Source: Nitrosopumilus sp. (GTDB lineage: Archaea; Thermoproteota; Nitrososphaeria; Nitrososphaerales; Nitrosopumilaceae). From it: a stretch of DNA of 64,000 bases. Under the pieces are notes generated by a model. That model worked only from the letters and a program-made list of their open reading frames with translations. It was not told the DNA's origin and ran no database searches. The stretch is taken from the NCBI GenBank assembly GCA_965214775.1, contig OZ243974.1:480001-544000 (forward strand), read 5' to 3'. Below, piece after piece: positions 39,868 through 50,470 of this stretch (within the stretch, counting starts at the first letter, position 1; each line of letters opens with the position of its first letter). The translations under genes were made by a program, and so were the position numbers.

Positions 39868-40620
39868 TCAAAATTTTTGTGATGCGCACCGCGCATGAAC
39901 CCAGCTGCCGTAATTGTTCTGCCTCACCTTGTCCTTTCCAGCAGTTATCTTTCTGCCACATACTCTGCAGGTGCTGCCGAACTTGGCCGTTATTCCACCG
40001 CGCTGTGGACTGTGACTGCTTCCGTATCCTCCGCTGTAGCCAATGCGGCCAGTATTGCGTCTTGCGTCACTGCGATGATCGTCATCTTGGAAACGGTGCG
40101 GATCATGCTCGTCCTTGCCACCATCCCCCAACATGCGCGCAAACTTCTTTCCTGGCATGATGTTCCAATCCATGTCTATATGCTGCGGCTTGGCCATGAT
40201 GTCCTCTATTTGGAAGACGGCAATTGGCAGACGTATCTCCGACAGCATGTTGCATTGATTGTCCGAGAAAATACCCAAGCCGGTCTTTACCTCCGCCCAG
40301 CAAAAATCGTCTTTTGCAGGATGCAATGTACGGCGAGTATCTGCGTATTCCGCCTTGCATGCAAGGTAATCAAATACAAAGCTCGGGTTCTGAGCATCGT
40401 GATTGGATGGTTTTGATGTACGGATGACTTCCGGCCTGATGGATCCCGGAATACTTACACGTATCCTGTCAAACCCCATCTTGAATACGACGTTATCCAG
40501 ATTCTTGCAGCTGTGTATAGTTTCAAGCGAGCAGTATGCCCACCCCTTCTGCGAACACAGTTCCTTGTAGTATGTCTCGCCAAGTGCCCCTTTCAGCGTC
40601 TTGGTAATTTTCGGACGCAT
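39868..40620 (-). CDS. Nuclease-fold (PD-(D/E)xK-like) protein with C-terminal zinc ribbon
   Basis: FDYL...WAEVKTG; AKFGSTCRVCG...H.RC. Confidence 0.6.
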   Translation of the reverse strand: MRPKITKTLKGALGETYYKELCSQKGWAYCSLETIHSCKNLDNVVFKMGFDRIRVSIPGSIRPEVIRTSKPSNHDAQNPSFVFDYLACKAEYADTRRTLHPAKDDFCWAEVKTGLGIFSDNQCNMLSEIRLPIAVFQIEDIMAKPQHIDMDWNIMPGKKFARMLGDGGKDEHDPHRFQDDDHRSDARRNTGRIGYSGGYGSSHSPQRGGITAKFGSTCRVCGRKITAGKDKVRQNNYGSWVHARCASQKF

Positions 40621-40764
40621 TATTGTGCAATGAACATCAGGACTAAAAACTGTTCTTGATCCAGCATTACATTCTGGAGTCAAGATGCTGCTTGGTACTG
40701 AAAGTATGGTGCAACCGTCTAGCGCAAAGTTTTCGCGGTACAGCGGCAGCACGATATTGTGGAT

Positions 40765-40872
40765 GCCGGCTGACGTTTTAAACAAAAATCCGACGTCCAG
40801 ACAAAAGGCAGCTTGTGAAAAAAGCCACGTAGGGCGGAAGGGAGCTCAGGGCAATCCGGCCGCCACGCAACG
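40765..40872. repeat. ~108-bp direct repeat, copy 2
   Basis: Aligns with 38994-39099. Confidence 0.85.
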
Positions 40873-41006
40873 GATAGCTGCCCGCCTCTTCGATTAACTT
40901 TCAGAAGGACGTATACACGCTCAGATGCTGGAAAGGATCAGTCTTGATCCAAGATGCTTCAGATGCCGCAAGCAGCTGTATGCGGATTGCCTGAAAAAAG
41001 AGGTGC

Positions 41007-41393
41007 TTGATGACACCAAGCCACGGAAATTGGCCAAACCCGGATTTTCGCATACGAGAAAAAGGGGGTGATCGGCCACGCTACGATTGCAATGACGGAC
41101 CTGAACAGAACCGGGCATTGCAAGATGGGATCCTCTCCTCGTTCCAGCGTGCCAGGATTGCTGTCGACAGGGCAGATTGCAACGCAAAAGATTTCAAGGG
41201 TTTGGGTGCTGGAAAAACAGTGATCGGCCGGGCCATTGCAGAAGCAAAAAACCATCAGAACGACGAAGGCTGCAGAGTCATCGTTCTTGGTCCAGACAAG
41301 GGCGTGGTTGGCCGGCGTAGGAAAGTCGGACTTGCACGCGTACGGCGCAAAAGAACGCAAGGCGTGATGCTTGTCGACTCGGATTGGGCTTGA
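41007..41393 (+). CDS. Hypothetical protein
   Basis: 128-aa ORF; no motif recognised. Confidence 0.35.
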   Translation: MMTPSHGNWPNPDFRIREKGGDRPRYDCNDGPEQNRALQDGILSSFQRARIAVDRADCNAKDFKGLGAGKTVIGRAIAEAKNHQNDEGCRVIVLGPDKGVVGRRRKVGLARVRRKRTQGVMLVDSDWA

Positions 41394-41899
41394 AAATGAG
41401 AGTCAGGTTTTTGACAATAATCGCACTCTGTATTTTTTTATCTTTGGCTGCCTTTGCTATTTTCATACATTCAACAAACTTGGAGCCGGAATCACATGCA
41501 GACATGGGTGGGGATGCAGTCGATCCTGATCCGGATCCGTCTCCCGGTTACGGCGCTGATTTTGCAGGAAGTTTGCTCAGTTTTAACTCAATATTTGTTG
41601 CTGGCCCAATCTTTTTGGGAATCGTTTCTCTGGTTTTTATCGTGTCAAACATAATTTTACAGATAAAAAAGATCCCAACTAGAAAATACATGCTCGTCAT
41701 AGCTGCGGGAGTTTTGATATTTTTAGGCGGCCCTTGGATGCTAAGCGGGATTGAATCCCTATTGGTTATCGAGCAGCTTGAGCATGAAAATTACCGGATA
41801 TTGCTGGTTGGCGCCTTGGTACAATTTGGCATAGGAGCAGTATTTATAACTCCAGGAGTCGTTGCGTTAAAAAAAGCAAGACTGGGAATCAGAAGATGA
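41384..41899 (+). CDS. Membrane protein (about 4 TM)
   Basis: Several hydrophobic segments; ATGA overlap with the next gene. Confidence 0.65.
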   Translation: MGLKMRVRFLTIIALCIFLSLAAFAIFIHSTNLEPESHADMGGDAVDPDPDPSPGYGADFAGSLLSFNSIFVAGPIFLGIVSLVFIVSNIILQIKKIPTRKYMLVIAAGVLIFLGGPWMLSGIESLLVIEQLEHENYRILLVGALVQFGIGAVFITPGVVALKKARLGIRR

Positions 41900-42240
41900 A
41901 GACTCGATACAAAATCACAGTAATCGCATTTTCTATCCTGCTGGGAATATTGTTTGTTCCGGTGGTTGCAAGCAACCTGTACTGCGACTATCTTGCAGAA
42001 CACTGCACCTCTAGAATCACGGGGGTTGGCCCCGGCGGTCTTTATCTCCCCGCCGAATGGGGAACCAGGGACGATTGTCACTTTACCAATGAAAATGGCG
42101 TAACAGAACCGTGCCGCATTGACATTGCCCAGATTAATTGGCCATTTCCGCCACGCATCATGCATGGGCAAGAACACGAATGCGTCGAACTGTGTCCCGA
42201 CGATGATCCCCCACCAAAGCCGTCAAGGCAAAATCCGTGA
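41896..42240 (+). CDS. Small exported Cys-containing protein
   Basis: MKTRYKI followed by a hydrophobic helix. Confidence 0.6.
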   Translation: MKTRYKITVIAFSILLGILFVPVVASNLYCDYLAEHCTSRITGVGPGGLYLPAEWGTRDDCHFTNENGVTEPCRIDIAQINWPFPPRIMHGQEHECVELCPDDDPPPKPSRQNP

Positions 42241-42279
42241 AACAGGCATTCCAACCTTCTTTGAGATTCAACTAATGGC

Positions 42280-42362
42280 ATTAGGCCTTATGAGTAATCT
42301 GTACAGATCAAAAAATCAGGCAGTTTTTACGTCATTTTTGGCAAACACGCACAAGCTCTAGA
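42280..42362. repeat. MITE family C, inverted copy
   Basis: Near reverse complement of 28617-28700. Confidence 0.75.
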
Positions 42363-42450
42363 GGGGTGATCCAAAACTAGAAATCGTGCGAGTTTTTCGA
42401 GTAATTTCACAGATAACTTGTATTTTGTTGGTGTACTGAGATGTTTTATG

Positions 42451-42532
42451 GTACAACTTCAGGTCCTATTTATACTGGCAAGCAAATACTTCCTAGATTC
42501 CTAGGCGGTTTAAATAGGACCTGAAGTTGTAC
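42451..42532. mobile_element. 82-bp MITE, 22-bp perfect TIR, 8-bp TSD
   Basis: gtacaacttcaggtcctattta / taaataggacctgaagttgtac; gttttatg on both flanks. Confidence 0.85.
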
Positions 42533-42671
42533 GTTTTATGCAGATTCCTTCACAAATAATCGGAATCTGCTAGTTTTGAATCAACTCTCAGCATCATACC
42601 TGTTATTTGGCGGATGTCGTGCCACGGCTAGGAAGTTAAAAGAAAAAATACGGCAGGAAATATCGTTCATA

Positions 42672-42745
42672 AGGGATGTAGGTTAGCTTGGTATACTGCC
42701 AGCTTCGGGTGCTGGAGTTCGTGGGTTCAAGTCCCATCATCCCTA
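42672..42745 (+). tRNA. tRNA-Pro (CGG)
   Basis: Acceptor AGGGATG/CATCCCT; anticodon arm CCAGC-TTCGGGT-GCTGG; T-arm GTGGG-TTCAAGT-CCCAT. Confidence 0.93.
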
Positions 42746-42903
42746 TAACACAATAATTGAAACAGAAGTTTTGTAGGAAATCCACATGATGACTGCGCCA
42801 CATCCTGTTGTCCATAGTGCGTGCAGTTGAAAATGGAATATTTTTTTGGTGAAATAGACACGATGTGTCGAAATCATGATCCATTTTTTTATGTGTGCGC
42901 TAT

Positions 42904-43024
42904 GTATCCGGGGAACCGCGGCCTCCTGCGGGAGCCGTGCAGCCTGATCTCCCGTATCATCTCGATTGCAAGATCCTGCAGCAGTCCCCTTGCATCGGAC
43001 ATGACGTAAAAAAACCGCGCTGCT
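42904..43024. repeat. ~120-bp dispersed repeat, copy 2
   Basis: Aligns with 6599-6718. Confidence 0.85.
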
Positions 43025-43215
43025 CAAGCCTGAAAAAATCGGGCGGAGGGCAGGGCCAGCACAAGAGATCTGGCTTGCTGTCGACTGCAAGGAATCCCCG
43101 TGCGAGTGAGGGGGACTTGCTGTCAGCTGCTGCCCTCCCTTGGCAGTGCCTAGGAGATGATCCAAGGCCAGAACCCATGCATGTGTCTGGACTCTTGCAG
43201 ATTCATCAGCTGTCT

Positions 43216-43328
43216 GTCTTCCCAAAGGTACCCGACTCGTGGAGGTAGAGACGGCGACATGCGGATCTGCAGGCAGCTTGAGCTGCTTCAAGATTGGAGC
43301 CGCTTTTTGGGTTGCTTTTGGGAATGCT
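43216..43328. repeat. MITE-like repeat family A, copy 3
   Basis: gtcttcccaaaggtacc...gcggatctgcaggcagct...cttttgggaa. Confidence 0.65.
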
Positions 43329-43370
43329 GAAGACAACAAGTTATTTATGGCACACACGCATAAACACACC

Positions 43371-43604
43371 ATGATGTCCGTCCAGAACAAGGAAATCAAG
43401 GCAGTTCACATTGCAGACTTGGACAGCCTGTTAAAAAAATACGATCAGTTGCAGGATTTCCATAACGGCGAGATAAGGTGCCAGATATGTTCCAATGAGG
43501 TAACACCAAAAAACGTAGGAAGCATGAAACTAACCAACGGCAAGTTCCTGTTTTTCTGCAGCAATGCATCATGCTGTGATCAGATAGTTAAAAATAGCAG
43601 ATAG
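43371..43604 (+). CDS. Small zinc-binding protein
   Basis: CQIC...FCSNASC. Confidence 0.6.
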   Translation: MMSVQNKEIKAVHIADLDSLLKKYDQLQDFHNGEIRCQICSNEVTPKNVGSMKLTNGKFLFFCSNASCCDQIVKNSR

Positions 43605-43791
43605 CAGCATGTCAGCGTAACTACATGGAAGGCATTGTGCTAGAGGGTATGTTTGGATACTTGGTTCAAAGTTTTGAGGATTTCTGGTGGTCGCTTCCAA
43701 TGGCCTTCCTGCTGTATCTGTTGGCAGAATCTGTCTGCAACTGTCACAGCCACTCAAGTCCGTCAGATATGCCCGCAAATTCTTTTTCTTC

Positions 43792-45252
43792 CTAGATCAA
43801 TTCCTGGATCTGTCTTGTCAGGCTTTCGATTGAGGAACTGATTTTATTTTCCTGTCGGGTTACCTTTGTCCTGAGACTGTTGATTTTGGCGGTTCTTTCT
43901 GAAATCATTCGCTTTTGCTCGTCATAGCCTGCAGATCCGGTGGATCTTCTTTCCTTTAGGGAAGACACTACCGTTGTAGAGGAGATAACAGATTCCACAA
44001 GTTTTGGATCTACCTTTGTCGATTCTACAGATTTTTTGATGTCAGACGGAGTCAGTTTTGATATTGGTCTTTTAGATTCATGTGCCAGCTGAGTCAGGAC
44101 CCCTGCAATCTTGTGGGTTATCCTAAACGGGATTCCTTCTTGAACCAGTTTTTCTGCAATATCAAGGGCGACAAGATTGCTTGACTCGGCGGTTTTCCTC
44201 ATCTGTTTTTCATTTACTTTTAATGTCAGAAGCATTGATTTGAAAATCAACAAGGCACTTGTAGAAATTTTTGAGGTAGACCATATTGAAGGCTTTATTT
44301 GCTGTAGATCACGGCCGTAACCGGTTGCAAGGCCTTTTACGGTTGCAAGAATCCAAGTCAAGTTTCCAATAATCTCAGCGGTTTTTCCTCTTGTCAGTTC
44401 CAAAATATCGGGGTTTTTCTTTTGTGGCATCACGCTAGAAGGCGATGTAAACTCATCAGAGAGTTCAAGAAACGAAAATTCGGACGTAGACCAGATAATG
44501 AAATCCTCAGAAAGCTTGCTAAGATTAGTCATCAAAATGGAAATCATTGCAACGTATTCGGCAACAAAATCACGCGTACTTGTCGCATCAATCGAGTTTT
44601 CAACAATTCCATCAAAGCCAAGCATTTCAGCCGTGCTTTGCCTGTCAATAGGAATGCTAGTTCCCCCAACCGGGCCGGCACCAAGCGGACTTTGGTTAAT
44701 CCTTGAAAACATTCCAAAGATTCTTTCAAAATCACGAAACAATACGTCTGCATGTGCCAACAGATAATGGGAAAACAAGCCAGATTGCGCTTGCTGGAGA
44801 TGGGTGTACAACGGCATGATTGTTTTTTGGTGGTTTTTGGCCACGGAGATCAGGGACTCGATGGCATCCAGAAGACAGTTGCAGACCAGAAGAATGTCAT
44901 CTCGAATCTTCATTCTGATATCCAAAGCAACCTGATCATTTCTTGATCTGGCCGTATGCATCTTGCCGCCGCTGGCCATTCCAGCCTTTTTGATTACGAG
45001 TGACTCAATTAGCTCATGAATGTCTTCGGCACCAGACAAGGAACCAGATTTTTTTTCTTTTTTCAAGGATTCCAGGGCAGCCAGTATCTTTTTTGCATCG
45101 TTTTTTGAAATGATTTTTTGCCGGTACAGCATCAGTACATGTGCCTGGCTTCCCACGATGTCATAGGCTGCAATCTGTGAGTCGTCGTTTACAGATGAGA
45201 CATAATCCAAAGTAACATCACTCAAATCGTTGCCAAGGCGAGAACGATACAT
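43792..45252 (-). CDS. argH: Argininosuccinate lyase
   Basis: HTARSRNDQ, SSVMPQKKNPD. Confidence 0.97.
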   Translation of the reverse strand: MYRSRLGNDLSDVTLDYVSSVNDDSQIAAYDIVGSQAHVLMLYRQKIISKNDAKKILAALESLKKEKKSGSLSGAEDIHELIESLVIKKAGMASGGKMHTARSRNDQVALDIRMKIRDDILLVCNCLLDAIESLISVAKNHQKTIMPLYTHLQQAQSGLFSHYLLAHADVLFRDFERIFGMFSRINQSPLGAGPVGGTSIPIDRQSTAEMLGFDGIVENSIDATSTRDFVAEYVAMISILMTNLSKLSEDFIIWSTSEFSFLELSDEFTSPSSVMPQKKNPDILELTRGKTAEIIGNLTWILATVKGLATGYGRDLQQIKPSIWSTSKISTSALLIFKSMLLTLKVNEKQMRKTAESSNLVALDIAEKLVQEGIPFRITHKIAGVLTQLAHESKRPISKLTPSDIKKSVESTKVDPKLVESVISSTTVVSSLKERRSTGSAGYDEQKRMISERTAKINSLRTKVTRQENKISSSIESLTRQIQELI

Positions 45253-45301
45253 TACCTAAGGTTCTAGAATGGTTATATATAGCATCGACGCTTTTGCCCA
45301 C

Positions 45302-45625
45302 ATGAGCCAGGATATCAAACAGCTCCGTGTAAAACTTTTTGACGAGTTATCAAAGATTGTCGATCCCGAAATCAACACATCAATTGTAGAACTAGAACTG
45401 ATTGACGAAGTCGACATCAATGACAGCAATGTCAAAGTTGATCTGCACCTTACAAGCCCTTTCTGTCCGGCGGTATTTGGCTTTAAGATATGCCAAGACA
45501 TTCACGACAACCTGCTGCAAGTCGACGGGGTCAAAGACGTCAAGGTTAACGTGTCAAACCACTTTATGGCAGAACAGATCAACAACCAGGTCAACAACAG
45601 CCCAAATCCAAAAAAATCAGGCTAG
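45302..45625 (+). CDS. DUF59 / FeS-cluster assembly (SufT-like) protein
   Basis: VDPEI..SIVELEL...LTSPFCP. Confidence 0.85.
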   Translation: MSQDIKQLRVKLFDELSKIVDPEINTSIVELELIDEVDINDSNVKVDLHLTSPFCPAVFGFKICQDIHDNLLQVDGVKDVKVNVSNHFMAEQINNQVNNSPNPKKSG

Positions 45626-46389
45626 CTTTTAAAACCCAGCATGTGTCCTCTAAGCAGCTGGATTCCCATTGCAGGATCAACCCCCTTGGGACAGACTTGG
45701 CTGCAAGAGCCGGCAAAATGGCATCTCCAGATTCCGTGAGAATCATCAATGATCTTTAGCCTGGAATCCTTTCCCTTGTCTCTGCTATCGGCAACATAGC
45801 GGTATGCCTGGGCAAGTGCCTGAGGGCCGACAAAAGAAGAGTCAGTTGCCATGGTAGGACATGCCGAATTACACAGTCCGCATTTGATGCAGTTTGCAAA
45901 CTGGATGTATCGTTCCAACTCCTCGGGGGACTGTGGAAACTCCTTTTCGTCAGACTCAAGCTCGGTATCGTCTCTCACAAGATATGGCTTGATTTTGTGA
46001 TGGGTGTCAAACAGTCTTTCAAACTTTACTGCCAGGTCACGGATAATTGGGAAATTATTCATTGGCGCAACTGTTATGACATTGGAATTCAGTTCGCTGA
46101 TTTTTGTAAAGCATGCAAGTCTGGGCTTGCCATTAATCATCATTCCGCAGGAGCCGCACGTTGCTTGCCTGCATGAATATCTAACGGCAACGGAATGATC
46201 AAAATGCTTTTTGACCTCGAGGATTGCCTCCAAGACGGTAGTCCATTTTTCACAGGGTACTGTGAACTCCATGAATTTTGAGGCATCATCCTGTTGAGGG
46301 TTGTATCGTGCAATTCTCAGAGTAATCGAGTTTGCAGAGGATATCGGCGACGATGCTTGTTCGTTTGCAATGGCTGTTTTCAGGGTCAT
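45622..46389 (-). CDS. sdhB: Succinate dehydrogenase iron-sulfur subunit
   Basis: SCRQATCGSC, CIKCGLCNSACP, CHFAGSCSQVCP. Confidence 0.95.
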   Translation of the reverse strand: MTLKTAIANEQASSPISSANSITLRIARYNPQQDDASKFMEFTVPCEKWTTVLEAILEVKKHFDHSVAVRYSCRQATCGSCGMMINGKPRLACFTKISELNSNVITVAPMNNFPIIRDLAVKFERLFDTHHKIKPYLVRDDTELESDEKEFPQSPEELERYIQFANCIKCGLCNSACPTMATDSSFVGPQALAQAYRYVADSRDKGKDSRLKIIDDSHGIWRCHFAGSCSQVCPKGVDPAMGIQLLRGHMLGFKS

Positions 46390-46396
46390 CTCCTCT

Positions 46397-46756
46397 CTAT
46401 ACCATCCCCATGTTAGTCATAATAATTGTTCGCGATCCATATGCTATCAAGCCAAGCATTGCTGCAAGGCACCCGTAAGAGACGGCCTTTTCGTATGTCT
46501 TTCCCTGCTTTAGTTCCAGCAGAATCACTCTTAATCCATTGAATCCGTGAACAGAAAGCAAGATCAGGATCAATTCCAACATTATTGCATACGGAACGAA
46601 CCTGTAATTAGCTAAAACTGTCTCATATTCCAAGGATGCTGCAAATCCTCCGGAGGTCAGGCGCATCAGGACGTGAACGGCAACCAGTGCAACTGCTGCA
46701 AGAGCAGTACCGTAGTGGATTTTCATTATGGTGCTTTCTCTCATCTTGCCACTCAC
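46397..46756 (-). CDS. sdhD: Succinate dehydrogenase membrane anchor subunit
   Basis: 3 TM, HGFNGLRVIL; operon position. Confidence 0.8.
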   Translation of the reverse strand: MSGKMRESTIMKIHYGTALAAVALVAVHVLMRLTSGGFAASLEYETVLANYRFVPYAIMLELILILLSVHGFNGLRVILLELKQGKTYEKAVSYGCLAAMLGLIAYGSRTIIMTNMGMV

Positions 46757-47187
46757 TCACCAAACATTACGGCCAATCCGTACATCATTGCAACGGCAGC
46801 CAAGACTATGGCAGAATAGATGCCAATCTTGTGCCTGTAATTCTGTGAAGCGGGATCGTATGGATAGTCAGGTCTTGCTGGTTTTCCAACACCCACACCG
46901 CCATGGCCCAGCATGACCCTGATTCCGTTTACAGTATGAAAAACACACATTCCGATTACGGCTGCCAGCAAGATGTGTCCCTCAGTTGTCTGTGTCAGTT
47001 CAAGGAACTCGTCCCATCCAGCCCGTCCTCGCAGAATGTTGCTTGTTTCATAAATGTGGCCAATGAAATATGCCAGCAAGCCAAGTCCGCTCAGACGCAT
47101 CATCCAATAGGCCACACGCTCGATTCCATAACGCGTAGGATTGATCATTCCGCCGATGCCTTCCTTGTGTTCGTCGTCGGCAGTCAT
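46753..47187 (-). CDS. sdhC: Succinate dehydrogenase cytochrome b subunit
   Basis: RLSGLGL...FHTVNGIR; operon position. Confidence 0.85.
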   Translation of the reverse strand: MTADDEHKEGIGGMINPTRYGIERVAYWMMRLSGLGLLAYFIGHIYETSNILRGRAGWDEFLELTQTTEGHILLAAVIGMCVFHTVNGIRVMLGHGGVGVGKPARPDYPYDPASQNYRHKIGIYSAIVLAAVAMMYGLAVMFGE

Positions 47188-48899
47188 TAGTATTTCCTCT
47201 CCACTGGCTGATACTTTGTAATCGTAACGGGGAATGTCTTCATGATTGGTTCGTCAGGATCATAGTATGCAAGCGTGTGGTGTAAGAAGTTTGCGTCATC
47301 CCGCTTGGCATAATCGGTTCTGGCGTGTGCGCCGCGCGACTCCTTTCTGTTAATTGCACCCAAAAGAATGATTTCTGCGACCCTGAACATCGAGTCTAGC
47401 TCCATTACGTTTGAAAAGTTTGTGTTGTACTCTTTGGCTTTGTCATCAACGTGTCTCCAGGTTTGGGCTTTCAATTCACGAATCTTCCTCAGACCTTCGA
47501 CAAGGTCTCTTTCGTTCCTATAGACGTATGCCTTTTCGTTCATGGTATCTGTCAATGCCTGCCTGATTTCATACGGATTGGCATGGCCATTTCCACGAAA
47601 GATTCCATCATAGATTCTCTTTTCTTCGGCCATTACAAGATGGTGTGGCCATTGGGCAGACGGGATTCCTTTTTGAATGTACTCTACTGCCAGCTCCCCG
47701 GTAATCTTTCCCCATACAATGCACTCGGAGGTCGAATTTGCACCCAGGCGATTTGAGCCATGGACGCTGTTACATGCAGCCTCACCGGCAGCCCAGACCC
47801 CTTGAATTTCAGTGGCACCATCAATGTCAGTGTGCAATCCGCCCATCATATAGTGGCAGACAGGCCTAATGTCAAGCAATTCCTGTGCAGGATCAATTCC
47901 GGAAAATTTGATAGAGATTTCCCTAATGCCGCCGAGCTTTTCTTTGATTTTTTCATCTCCGACGTGGCGCAAGTCTAACTTCATGCAGTCAACCCCGGTT
48001 TCGTGTCTGAAACCCCTGCCTTCCTGAATTTCTGTCATAATTGATCTTGAAACAATGTCACGTGGTGCAAGCTCCATTTTTCCTGCCGCATAGTTTTTCA
48101 TGAATCGTTCTCCCTTGTTGTTTAGCAGATAGCCGCCTTCACCCCTGGCACCTTCCGTAATCAGAATTCCAGATGGCAGGATTCCAGTTGGATGAAACTG
48201 GACAAACTCCATATCCTTGAGGGCCATTCCAGCTCTTAATCCCATATCCAGTCCGTCAGGAGTTGAAGACAGCGCATATGTTGAAAAACTATACAGTCTT
48301 CCTGCACCGCCTGTTGCAATGATCAGTGCCCTTCCTTTGATGATGTAAAATGTGCCAGAGCCCAGCTCGATTGCAGTAAGTCCCATGAACCTTTTTCCAT
48401 CATGAACGATGGATGTTGCAAACCATTCGTTGAGGTACTCGATGTTTTCAAACTTTTGACAGGTGTCATACAATGTCTGCATTTCAAAGAATCCGACCTT
48501 GTCTGATGCATAGGTTGCCCTTGGGAAACTATAACCGCCAAAGTTTCTTTGATCAATCCTCCCGTCATCTCTTCTGGACCAGGGCATTCCCCAATGCTCT
48601 AGCTGATGAACCTCCTTTGGCATTTCGACACAGAGTCTTTTGGCTACGTCCTGGTCTGCAAGGAAATCACTGCCTTTTACAGTGTCATAGACATGGGATT
48701 CTATTGTGTCGCCCTCATCTTCAAAAAGAACAGCAGCTGTGCCGCCCTCTGCTGAGACCGAATGGGAACGCATAACCTGTAATTTTGAGACGATTCCAAT
48801 TTTGAGATTCGGCCCTTTCTTTGCTGCAGCAATTGCTGCACGAAGTCCAGCCAAGCCAGAGCCACAGATAATCAGATCAAAATCCAGCGAATCTACCAT
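47187..48899 (-). CDS. sdhA: Succinate dehydrogenase flavoprotein subunit
   Basis: GSGLAG, RSHSVSAEGG, QFHPTG, HGSNRLGANS. Confidence 0.97.
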   Translation of the reverse strand: MVDSLDFDLIICGSGLAGLRAAIAAAKKGPNLKIGIVSKLQVMRSHSVSAEGGTAAVLFEDEGDTIESHVYDTVKGSDFLADQDVAKRLCVEMPKEVHQLEHWGMPWSRRDDGRIDQRNFGGYSFPRATYASDKVGFFEMQTLYDTCQKFENIEYLNEWFATSIVHDGKRFMGLTAIELGSGTFYIIKGRALIIATGGAGRLYSFSTYALSSTPDGLDMGLRAGMALKDMEFVQFHPTGILPSGILITEGARGEGGYLLNNKGERFMKNYAAGKMELAPRDIVSRSIMTEIQEGRGFRHETGVDCMKLDLRHVGDEKIKEKLGGIREISIKFSGIDPAQELLDIRPVCHYMMGGLHTDIDGATEIQGVWAAGEAACNSVHGSNRLGANSTSECIVWGKITGELAVEYIQKGIPSAQWPHHLVMAEEKRIYDGIFRGNGHANPYEIRQALTDTMNEKAYVYRNERDLVEGLRKIRELKAQTWRHVDDKAKEYNTNFSNVMELDSMFRVAEIILLGAINRKESRGAHARTDYAKRDDANFLHHTLAYYDPDEPIMKTFPVTITKYQPVERKY

Positions 48900-48926
48900 T
48901 TTTCAGACAGACTTGCTTGGAGCGGG

Positions 48927-50211
48927 TTAAATATGTAGTAATAGCCAGGCATGATCCAAGATATGGCCCAAGTTCTGCCACTTATTCGGGTGATCCTGGG
49001 CGGTGCTACGGATCGGGTGGCCGCGTGATGGTTTGGATGCCATCTTCATCAGGCCCTCGATCCTGCTGATGACCGGCTCCATCCTTATGCCTGCCTGCTC
49101 GGCCGGGGTTCTCTCAGGAGACGAGTGCACCCTTACAAAGTCATGGTGGACCCTCATGGCATCTATGATCTTCTGTGATGACACGGGTATTCATCCCGCG
49201 CATCACCTTCACCCTGTCCCTCATGGTTCCATTGAGGCGCTCCACGCGAGAGTTCAGTCCCTCATGCCTTACGGAAACACTTCGGATGTTTTTTACTCGC
49301 GGGTTTCTTCTTGTAAAGTATTCCTTTTGAAACGCCTCATCATATGACGCCAGGCCATCATGTATTACCGCATGTGTCACTTTTGTTTTTGATTTTGCGT
49401 CTGCAAACACGGCTCTTGCATCTCTTATTTCCCTCCTTTGACTCACCACGCCACTTATCCAGAACCTCGTAGAATCATCCATAAAGTTCCACAACCACTG
49501 GTAATGCCCCTTGTCCATTGACTCGCGCCTTACGTGGACCACCATTTCGTCTACCTGGTACACTCCTCCTAAATTCGGAAGGGTCAGTGAGTCAACGAAC
49601 GGAGCTACGACTTCTGCAAACCTCTGGACCCACCTCAGCACGGAAACGTCTGATATTTTTATGCAGTAAAACTGCTTCACATGATCAGCTATCTTGCGTA
49701 ATGAGACCCCTTTGAAGTACAAGTCGATCGAGGCACAGATAATCTTTGAGTCCTTCTTAGAATTTACAAACCCAGCATTCACCACAAATCGGTAACCGCA
49801 GTTTTTACACAGGTATCTCTGGATCGTACCTTTTTTTGCGTGACGCTTGCCATTCTTAATTATGTCTCCCTGTTTGCAGTTCTCGCACTCTATCCTTTCT
49901 TCGGGAATTGCCAACACAACATCGTCTTGTTCAGCTACCTTTTTTCCAAGCTTTTTTGAGAACAGCACTGCACAGATGTGCTTGCACTGGATCTGCCGAC
50001 TCTTAAAGTCTGGGCAGCTGCAGGCCCATCTGCCATCCTTCCGCCCACCTAGGTTTCGTCCATACTCCTTTCTTACGTCGTACCACATATCGCTGCTAGA
50101 TTGTGACTTGACTGCATAACGCAGCTTGTTGATTTTCCTTATTGGATGATCTGCCGACGCAATCTCCATTCCGCGTACTTGTCTTTGCAACTCCTGTTTT
50201 GTTTGGTACAT
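48927..50211 (-). pseudogene. IS6-family transposase with N-terminal SWIM and zinc ribbon, frameshifted near 49185
   Basis: CSCPD...CKH; QVDE, HDGLASY, NSRVERLNG; C-terminal HDFVRVH...TPAEQAG in another frame. Confidence 0.75.
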
Positions 50212-50271
50212 ACTATTGTATATACTTCAGTGTATATAAATTTTAATATACCTTGGTGTATACCAATGTGT

Positions 50272-50433
50272 ATGGTAAGCGAGTCTAACGTAAAAATCTA
50301 CAAGGTTGGATCTAGGCACAGCATCAACCTGCCCAGCGCGCTAGTTACGGACAGCTTGTTCCCGTTTGAGCCAAACGAGAATCTGATAATCAGGATAAAG
50401 GGCAAACAGCTGATCATCATGCGCTCAGAATAG
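50272..50433 (+). CDS. AbrB/MazE-like small DNA-binding protein
   Basis: KVGSRHSINLPSALV...FPFEPNE.L.IRI. Confidence 0.6.
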   Translation: MVSESNVKIYKVGSRHSINLPSALVTDSLFPFEPNENLIIRIKGKQLIIMRSE

Positions 50434-50470
50434 TGACCTGCAAGTCATAGTTTTATGAAATTATTGTACA

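Noticed and set aside
42672-42745. tRNA-Pro as attachment site of the accessory region
   Set aside because: No duplicated tRNA fragment found by eye, and the accessory DNA lies on the 5' side of the tRNA
42743-43399. 218-aa minus-strand ORF
   Set aside because: Composed of two dispersed repeats and abuts the tRNA; likely spurious
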